Shown: positions 1 through 5,552 of the stretch, piece after piece
Layout: every line of letters begins with the position of its first letter
How positions within the stretch are numbered: the first letter of the stretch is position 1
Origin: Candidatus Aenigmatarchaeota archaeon
GTDB lineage: Archaea > Aenigmatarchaeota > Aenigmatarchaeia > QMZP01 > JAFGSV01
Reading direction: 5' to 3'
Assembly (NCBI GenBank): GCA_021163005.1
Contig: JAGGXP010000023.1
Span: 1-45,737 of the forward strand
Length of the DNA: 45,737 bases
The notes under the pieces: model-generated
The model's database searches: none
Told to the model about the DNA's origin: nothing
The model's input: the letters and a program-made list of their open reading frames with translations, nothing else
Program-made: the position numbers and the translations under genes

Positions 1-60
1 GCGCCAGCGTACTTTCCGCTGAAGTCTGCAGGTGCTTAGTCCGCGCCAGCGTACTTTCCG
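1..60 (-). repeat. 18-nt direct repeat CGGAAAGTACGCTGGCGC (1-18, 43-60) inside the tRNA-Pro intron; identical copy at 1829-1846 (+) in the tRNA-Tyr intron
   Basis: Exact matches read directly from the sequence. Confidence 0.95.
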
Positions 61-186
61 TTGACGCTTTAGTCCGCTTGCTTGGGCTAAAGGGTCATTG
101 AACTCCTGAAGGTGCTTCATGAAGCAGCTTTCTCAGGTCTGGGACTCCCGAAGCCCCGATGCTAGGCCAAGCTACACCACGGTCCC
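1..186 (-). tRNA. tRNA-Pro(CGG), 3' end outside window; BHB introns at 53/54 (131..103, 29 nt) and 58/59 (97..<1)
   Basis: Reverse complement reads GGGACCG TG GTGT AGCTTGGCCTA GCAT C GGGGC TT CGG GA GTCCC AGAC CTGAG [intron] TTCAA [intron]. Intron 1 has a CCTG/CAGG helix with AG|A and AG|T bulges. Intron 2 is placed by homology to the tRNA-Tyr 58/59 intron. TATA-like TTTATA at 219..214. Confidence 0.85.
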
Positions 187-287
187 GTGTAGGTCTATAT
201 TAGCATTCAACAATATAAATTTGAACTGCTGATAGATGTATTTATAAATTTAAGAGACAATAAGAAACCACTGATGAGGTTGATACT

Positions 288-1625
288 GTGAAGAGGATTG
301 CTGTTTTCACACTGCTGGCTTTTTTGCTCGTGTCAGGGTTTGCTGCAGCCCAGCAGGTCAGCATTGACGTGGCTCCTCAGGAGATGAAGGTTGAGCCGTT
401 CCATCTCGCGCGTTTTATAGCCACAGTGAGCAGCAGCGAAACCGAGGGAGGCATATACCTCTTTGTCACCGGCTCCCCGTCGCACTGGATAAACATGGGC
501 ACATCATACATAGACCTTCCTGCCAGAAAGCCTGTGGACGTGCTTGTGGAGTTTTACCCCAATGACAAGCCAGGGACTTATTATTACACATTCTATGCTC
601 AGCTCACGGAGAGTCCGGAAACAGCGCAAAGCCAGACAGTCAAACTCGTGGTAAGCAGCGGCGAAGACATCTTCGTTAAAAGCCACTCCATTGAGAAGCA
701 CGGCAGGAGCATCGACATGCAGCTGGGCCTGCTGTCCGAAAAGAAGGACGGCGTGACAGTTGACTACTCAATCGTAAACAGTGCAGGAACCACAGTGGCT
801 ACATACACGAGAACATATTTTGTTGAAGGCGCTGAGAACGTCAGCCAGACGATAGAGCTCAGCGACGACATGGTCGCAGACACATACACTGCAGTGATAA
901 AGGTGAAAGGAACGGACTATGAATTCAGTAAGTCATTTGACATTGAGCCTGTAAGAAGGATAGTGAAAAGCGAGGAAGAGGTATCAGGTCTCCTTTATGA
1001 TGAGCACAGGATAAGCATATCCAATGATGGCAACGTGGTTGAAAAGGGCTACGTGGTGTCTTCAAACGTTCCCACAGGATTCCTTGTGTTCTCTCATGAA
1101 CCTGACGAGTGCAGCGGCGGAAAATGCGTCTGGAGTGTCGAAAAGCTCAATCCGGACGAGGATGTGAACATAGTTTACAGGGTGGAGTACTGGCCGCTGT
1201 TCGCCGAGGGGCTTATGATAGCGGTGCTTCTTGGCGTCTTCGTGTTTTTCGCGCGGAGCAGGATGGGCACGCCCAGGATAACAAAGACCATAACCCACGG
1301 AAAGGACGGCTACACAGCTGTCATAGAGATAAGGAACCCGTCAAGAAAGATAACCAATGTTGTTGTCAGGGACGAGGTTTCCCCGCTGTTCAGGCTGGAG
1401 GACGCATTCGAGACTCTCAAGCCTGCTGTCAAGCACCACGAAAGCAGCACAGAGCTTGTATGGTCGCTGCCGGCAATAGAGCCGGGTGATCACAGGATAA
1501 TCCACTACAGGCTCAGGCCTGTTGTCAATGGAGATCTCAAGGTTCCCAAGGCCTATATGAGATACGCAACAGCAGACGGAAAGAAGATGAGAGCCGAGAG
1601 CAGGGAACTTAATCTCGCCGCCTGA
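288..1625 (+). CDS. secreted/membrane-anchored hypothetical protein with Ig-like beta-sandwich domains
   Basis: 445-aa ORF with an N-terminal signal peptide, one internal TM helix (WPLFAEGLMIAVLLGVFVFF) and a C-terminal DUF11-like domain. Confidence 0.75.
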   Translation: MKRIAVFTLLAFLLVSGFAAAQQVSIDVAPQEMKVEPFHLARFIATVSSSETEGGIYLFVTGSPSHWINMGTSYIDLPARKPVDVLVEFYPNDKPGTYYYTFYAQLTESPETAQSQTVKLVVSSGEDIFVKSHSIEKHGRSIDMQLGLLSEKKDGVTVDYSIVNSAGTTVATYTRTYFVEGAENVSQTIELSDDMVADTYTAVIKVKGTDYEFSKSFDIEPVRRIVKSEEEVSGLLYDEHRISISNDGNVVEKGYVVSSNVPTGFLVFSHEPDECSGGKCVWSVEKLNPDEDVNIVYRVEYWPLFAEGLMIAVLLGVFVFFARSRMGTPRITKTITHGKDGYTAVIEIRNPSRKITNVVVRDEVSPLFRLEDAFETLKPAVKHHESSTELVWSLPAIEPGDHRIIHYRLRPVVNGDLKVPKAYMRYATADGKKMRAESRELNLAA

Positions 1626-1664
1626 GAAGTTTTTTAAGGTTTCTGCGTCATATTCTATTACAAT

Positions 1665-1943
1665 CCCGAGGTAGCTCAGACTGGCTAGAGCGATCGGCTG
1701 TAGACGGGCACACCGTGATATATGCACGGTCTTATGAGTGTGTTTGTTGGACGCAGTCGCTCGAAAGAGACCGATAGGTCGGGAGTTCAAGAACCCTTTT
1801 GCGCAGGCATACGCACAAAAGCGTTCCACGGAAAGTACGCTGGCGCAGATTAACGGTCTGCAAGCGCCAAAATACGCTTCCGCCAAAGCGGAGGCAACGC
1901 GCAGGGAAAACGTCAAAGGGTTGGACAAATCTCCCTCTCGGGA
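1665..1943 (+). tRNA. tRNA-Tyr(GTA) with introns at 37/38 (1704-1769, 66 nt) and 58/59 (1791-1928, 138 nt)
   Basis: CCCGAGG/TCTCGGG acceptor stem with C1-G72 and A73; ATCGG/CCGAT anticodon stem; GTA at 1700-1702. The T-loop BHB is GTTC/GGAC with outer helix AACCCTTT/AAAGGGTT. The 37/38 BHB has one G.A mismatch in its central helix. Confidence 0.93.
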
Positions 1944-1967
1944 TTTCTTTATTTTTTATGGGAGCAC

Positions 1968-2603
1968 TCACATGCTTTTTATGATGTCCTCGGCTTCCCT
2001 GAGGTTATCTATCACGAAGTCGGCCCTCTTCAGGTCTTCCCTGCCGACGGTACTCGTGAGGGCTATGCATATCATGCCGGCGCTTTTGGCTGATTCGACA
2101 CCAAGAGGAGCGTTGTCTATTGCGATGCATTCACCGGGCTTTACGCCAAGACCTCCGGCGCACTTGAGATAGGGTTCAGGGTCAGGCTTTGGCTTCCTTG
2201 TCTCATCGCCCGTGGTTATGTGATTGAATAAGGAAAGCTCGCGGGGAGAAAGGTGCTGGTCGACGACCTCTCTGGGGCTTCCTGTGGCGAGGCCTATCCT
2301 GTAGTTGAGCCTGCGAAGCTTGTTTATGAGCATCTTGGCCTCCTTTCGCATCTTGAGACCTTCGGAAAGCTTTCTGTAGATGAGCCTTTTTCTCTCAATG
2401 ATGTCGTTAATCTCAGACTCATCGGGATTTGAATCAGAAAGCAGCCTGCTTGTTATTGGAAAGACATGCCCGCCCTCAAGCATGAACAGTTCCCGCGGCT
2501 CCAGCTTCTTCCTGCCTTCAAGAGCTTTCGAGAAAGATTCGTAGTGCATCTGCATGTTGTCCATGAGCGTGCCGTCGAAGTCAAAAATAACTGCTTTTAT
2601 CAT
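1968..2603 (-). CDS. HAD-superfamily phosphatase (beta-PGM/CbbY-like)
   Basis: Motifs FDFDGTL, ATGS, KPKPDPEPY and IDNAPLG; ATG start chosen at MIKAV. Confidence 0.9.
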   Translation of the reverse strand: MIKAVIFDFDGTLMDNMQMHYESFSKALEGRKKLEPRELFMLEGGHVFPITSRLLSDSNPDESEINDIIERKRLIYRKLSEGLKMRKEAKMLINKLRRLNYRIGLATGSPREVVDQHLSPRELSLFNHITTGDETRKPKPDPEPYLKCAGGLGVKPGECIAIDNAPLGVESAKSAGMICIALTSTVGREDLKRADFVIDNLREAEDIIKSM

Positions 2604-2635
2604 AAAGACCAATAGAAAAACATGACAGGAATACC

Positions 2636-2643
2636 TTTATAAA
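2636..2643. promoter_or_regulatory. palindromic TATA box TTTATAAA between the divergent HAD gene and the 5S rRNA
   Basis: Lies about 20-30 nt from both starts and matches the archaeal TATA consensus. Confidence 0.55.
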
Positions 2644-2663
2644 TGAAACCGGCAATATAATAT

Positions 2664-2773
2664 CGGCGGCCAAAGGGGAGAGGTTTACCCGTTCCCATTT
2701 CGAACACGGCAGTCAAGCTCTCCGACGGTCTGGGTGGTACTTGCTTCGGTTGGGAACCCCAGATCGCTGCCAA
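2664..2773 (+). rRNA. rrf: 5S rRNA, stand-alone
   Basis: Helix I GGCGGC/GCTGCC, conserved CCCGTTCCCATTTCGAACACGG-CAGTCAAGC core and GTAC...GGGAA loop E region. Confidence 0.93.
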
Positions 2774-2834
2774 TTCTTATAGTTCTTCCGGAAAGAAAAG
2801 CTTTAAAAGATGTTTTGCATTAAATAATCCACAA

Positions 2835-3073
2835 GCCTCGATGGTGTAGTGGCCTAGCATATGGCCCTGTCACGGCCATGACCCGGGTTCAAAGGCACCC
2901 TTTTCCATAAGCATACATGGAAAAGCGCGCTCCGGAAAATACGTTAACAACAAATGAACGGTGCGCAGAGGAGCCGTGTCCGGAAGGGGTATCCATTCCG
3001 CAGGGTTTTGGATGGCAACCTTCTGGAAGAAACTGGCAGACTCTAAAATGTGCTGGAAATCCCGGTCGGGGCG
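2835..3073 (+). tRNA. tRNA-Asp(GTC) with 166-nt intron at 59/60 (2894-3059)
   Basis: GCCTCGA/TCGGGGC acceptor stem, G73, TGGCC CT GTC AC GGCCA anticodon arm. BHB TTCA/TGGA with outer helix GCAC/GTGC. Confidence 0.95.
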
Positions 3074-3150
3074 CTTTTTATCTTTCCTTAAGCTTTGGAA
3101 AGTGCCAGCTACTGTAAAGCTTATTTAATTCAAATCAGAAAAATAAATCA

Positions 3151-3444
3151 ATGAACGGGAATTTTGGCCGTATCCTTTGGTATGTCTTTGCGACGACCAG
3201 AGGCGGACCCACACGCGTAAGGATAATGGATCTTCTTGACAAGCGGCCCTATAACATGCACCAGATAAGCAAGGAGCTCAGGCTTGACTACAAGACCGTG
3301 CAGCACCACATCAGGGTCTTGGAGGAGAACAGGGTCGTAACAGCCGAGGAGAAGAAGTACGGCACAATTTACTTCCCGTCAGGGCTCTTCGAAAATGTAA
3401 AAGATATATTTAATGAAATAAAGAATAAGGTAGGTGAGAAGTGA
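3151..3444 (+). CDS. ArsR-like winged-helix transcriptional regulator
   Basis: TRGGPTRVRIM...LDYKTVQHHIRVL pattern of archaeal ArsR-like HTH proteins. Confidence 0.85.
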   Translation: MNGNFGRILWYVFATTRGGPTRVRIMDLLDKRPYNMHQISKELRLDYKTVQHHIRVLEENRVVTAEEKKYGTIYFPSGLFENVKDIFNEIKNKVGEK

Positions 3445-3722
3445 TGTTCGATGAAATTGTTCTTGGGCTGAGTGGCTTCAACATAGTAATGGTGATTGCA
3501 CTTATAGCTGTCTATGCAAACAACTTCAGGCTCGTGAGGTCTAAAATGACATTCGGTATGCTTATCTTCGCGTCTATGTTCCTTCTTGAAAACATTTTCA
3601 GCCTTTACTTCTACAGCTCGCTTCTGGCTCAGGGAATAACATCCATCACGACATTCAACCTTGTCGTGAAATTCCTTGAAATGCTGGGTTTGCTGACGCT
3701 GCTCTATGTGACATGGAAATGA
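3441..3722 (+). CDS. small three-TM membrane protein, coupled to the HTH gene
   Basis: Three hydrophobic segments; GTGA start/stop overlap with the upstream gene. Confidence 0.8.
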   Translation: MMFDEIVLGLSGFNIVMVIALIAVYANNFRLVRSKMTFGMLIFASMFLLENIFSLYFYSSLLAQGITSITTFNLVVKFLEMLGLLTLLYVTWK

Positions 3723-3797
3723 GTGGGTAGAGATTTGGGCATAACACAGGCAGGAAGTCGGGAAAAGTCTTTATAAAGGGTTGACCAACCTTCTAAC

Positions 3798-3926
3798 ATG
3801 ACTTGCATAGCTTGTGGTTCCGAAAGCGAGTTCCGCTGCACGATGAAGGGCATGACAGTGTGCCTCTGCTCCGAGCATGTCCAGAAAGATGTGCACTATG
3901 ATGCAATGGAACGCGTCCTCAACTGA
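3798..3926 (+). CDS. 42-aa Cys-rich putative metal-binding microprotein (not in ORF track)
   Basis: MTCIACGSESEFRCTMKGMTVCLCSEHVQKDVHYDAMERVLN, with CxxC...CxxH. BRE/TATA-like GGAAAAGTCTTTATAAA lies about 25 nt upstream (leaderless). Confidence 0.65.
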   Translation: MTCIACGSESEFRCTMKGMTVCLCSEHVQKDVHYDAMERVLN

Positions 3927-3941
3927 AATTCCTCCAGATGA

Positions 3942-3990
3942 CCCGGGTCTGCCAGGCGCCCCATCCAGGCAGGCCTGGGCGCATTTTTTT
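3942..3990 (+). terminator. GC-rich hairpin followed by a T tract
   Basis: CCCGGGTCTGCC (3942-3953) pairs with GGCAGGCCTGGG (3968-3979), followed by a T run. Confidence 0.6.
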
Positions 3991-4242
3991 AACTTATTTA
4001 AAAACTAAAGTCTACAAATTCTTTTCAATGGGCCCGTAGCTCAGTCTGGCTAGAGCACCAGACGAGTGTGTTGCACGTCGTGCAGCACCTCAGGTGAAGC
4101 TTTTAATGTCATTAAAAGCGTGTTTAGGACCTTCAGAAATCCCGTGCAATGAACACGGCACTGCAAGAGGTTCCGATGACAGAATAAACCTGGGTGTCGC
4201 GGGTTCGAAGGCTCAAGGGGGCTTCGGCAGCTTACACGTGCA

Positions 4243-4421
4243 TGCCCCCTTAAAGCATTATTCCCCGCTTAAGAGGGCCAACGGCAACGGACAGCAACGC
4301 AAGATGACGGCTAACGCAGGATGAGCAAAGCCGTCCCGAACAGGAACGCAATCCGCCTGCATGCACAGGATGGATAAAGCAGGCTTTAGGCACATCTGCC
4401 CCCTTAAAGCATTATTCCCCG
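4243..4421 (+). repeat. 25-nt direct repeat TGCCCCCTTAAAGCATTATTCCCCG (4243-4267, 4397-4421) in tRNA-Lys intron 3
   Basis: Exact match. Confidence 0.95.
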
Positions 4422-4651
4422 TTAAAAGGGAAGAGAAGATGGGGAAAGGGAATGGTGCACAGGTTCCCCAGTAACAATGAAGAAGGAAAGGGGAATCAGG
4501 ACAGCAGCGGAAAGCCGCAAAGGTCGTGCAGGTCGCGCGGCTCGAACACTACGAACAGGAACGCACACCGCCTGCATGAACATAACGGACAAAGAATAAT
4601 CGAACAGGAACGCAATATGACGACTTGAACAGAATGAACAAGTCGTCTTTA
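4288..4651 (+). repeat. four ~49-nt hairpin repeat units (starts 4288, 4337, 4552, 4601) in tRNA-Lys intron 3
   Basis: Leader CGAACAGGAACGCA (exact x3, variant x1), then 4 nt, a 6-bp stem arm and a 17-18-nt loop. Units occur in pairs spaced exactly 49 nt; the 4552 unit lacks its right arm. Confidence 0.9.
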
Positions 4652-4809
4652 AAAGGTATGCACAAAGCAGGCTTTAAGCCGCATTTAAAAGCTGTCCATG
4701 AGCTGGAAATCCTGCCGGGCCCATTTAAGCTTTTGGCGCAAGCGGAAGTGCCGTAAAAGGTTAACTTTAAATAGGCACGAAGCTGTTATAATTGGATTGA
4801 AGTGATAAC

Positions 4810-5202
4810 ATGCAAAGCTCTCACATAGTCAAAGTGGATTCAAAAGGCCGCGTGCTTATCCCCGTTGACATGAGAGCTGATATGAGCATAGCTGACGGAA
4901 CGCACATACTTGTCACACGCGACGAGAGCAACGGACACCTCAGGATGACACCCATACCCAAGGGAAGCATGGCAGAGGTAAGCATGAAGATATGTGAATT
5001 CAGTCTCATGGCATCTGTGGCGGACGCGCTTTCAGGGAATTCCTTCAACATAATAATGAGCGAAAGCAAGCGCATTGACGAAAAAAACACAGAGATAAGA
5101 ATGCTTGTAGACCTTTCGGAAGCTTCCAGGAATATGGACGCGCTCAGGGAAATATTATCCAACATAGAAGGTGTAAATGCCGTTGATGTTGCTGCAAAAT
5201 AG
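4810..5202 (+). CDS. AbrB/MazE-type DNA-binding domain plus ACT-like domain regulator
   Basis: KVDSKGRVLIP N-terminus; C-terminal ACT-like beta-alpha pattern. Confidence 0.8.
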   Translation: MQSSHIVKVDSKGRVLIPVDMRADMSIADGTHILVTRDESNGHLRMTPIPKGSMAEVSMKICEFSLMASVADALSGNSFNIIMSESKRIDEKNTEIRMLVDLSEASRNMDALREILSNIEGVNAVDVAAK

Positions 5203-5323
5203 GCAGTTAATTGGCCTTTTTGGTCTGAAAAAGCGAAACATTTATATATATGCTATTAATTTATTAGATAATTCATCTATTTACAATGTTATTGGGGATT
5301 TGCAGACGAGAGGGTGATTCCAT

Positions 5324-5551
5324 ATAGATATAACAAAACATGAGCTTGTGCCGAAGCATGAAATTCTTAGCGATAAAGAAAAGAAAGAAGTCATGGCCAA
5401 GTTCGATGTTAATGAATCACAACTTCCTAAGATAAGTATTTCTGACCCTGTCATGGAAACCATGGATGCAAGTCCCGGAGACATTGTGAGGATAACGAGG
5501 AACTCCAAAACAGCGGGAAAGGCCGTATATTACAGGGTTGTTGTGAAGTAG
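5324..5551 (+). CDS. rpoH: DNA-directed RNA polymerase subunit H (Rpo5), probable ATA start
   Basis: HELVPKHEILS...LPKISISDP...GDIVRITRNSKTAG..YYRVV. RBS GGGTGA at 5312-5317 precedes an in-frame ATA at 5324. Confidence 0.93.
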   Translation: MDITKHELVPKHEILSDKEKKEVMAKFDVNESQLPKISISDPVMETMDASPGDIVRITRNSKTAGKAVYYRVVVK

Positions 5552-5552
5552 T

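Larger units (their letters stand above)
4030..4723 (+). tRNA. tRNA-Lys(TTT) with three introns: 30/31 (4062-4098, 37 nt), 37/38 (4106-4187, 82 nt), 59/60 (4210-4709, 500 nt)
   Basis: Spliced product: GGGCCCG TA GCTC AGTCTGGCTA GAGC A CCAG|G CT TTT A|A CCTGG GTGTC GCGGG TTCGAA|T CCTGC CGGGCCC A. BHB helices: CACC/GGTG; CTTT/GAAT (one mismatch) with TGTCAT/ATGACA; TTCG/TGGA with GCTCA/TGAGC. Confidence 0.88.

Noticed and set aside
1732-3117. Short ORFs over tRNA-Tyr and tRNA-Asp (1732-1971, 1738-2172, 1799-1984, 2917-3117)
   Set aside because: They overlap tRNA exons or the HAD gene and have no recognisable protein features.
3924-3990. TGA plus downstream hairpin as selenocysteine recoding
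   Set aside because: The hairpin lacks the archaeal SECIS GAA/A pattern and is followed by a T tract, which fits a terminator.
4094-4324. 76-aa ORF, possible intron-encoded protein
   Set aside because: Crosses tRNA exons and two introns; no LAGLIDADG/HNH or other motif.
4210-4709. C/D-box guide RNA inside the intron, as in euryarchaeal tRNA-Trp
   Set aside because: No CTGA D box and no clean RTGATGA C box on the transcribed strand.
4030-4723. Alternative identity tRNA-Ile (GGGCCCG acceptor with A73)
   Set aside because: The BHB-defined exons give CT-TTT-AA in the anticodon loop. I found no BHB-consistent splice yielding GAT or CAT.
3088-4760. Loose similarity downstream of tRNA-Asp and tRNA-Lys (TTAAGCTTT...GGAAGTGCC...GTAAA at about 3088-3120 and 4725-4760)
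   Set aside because: Short, gapped and AT-rich; cannot be distinguished from chance by eye.
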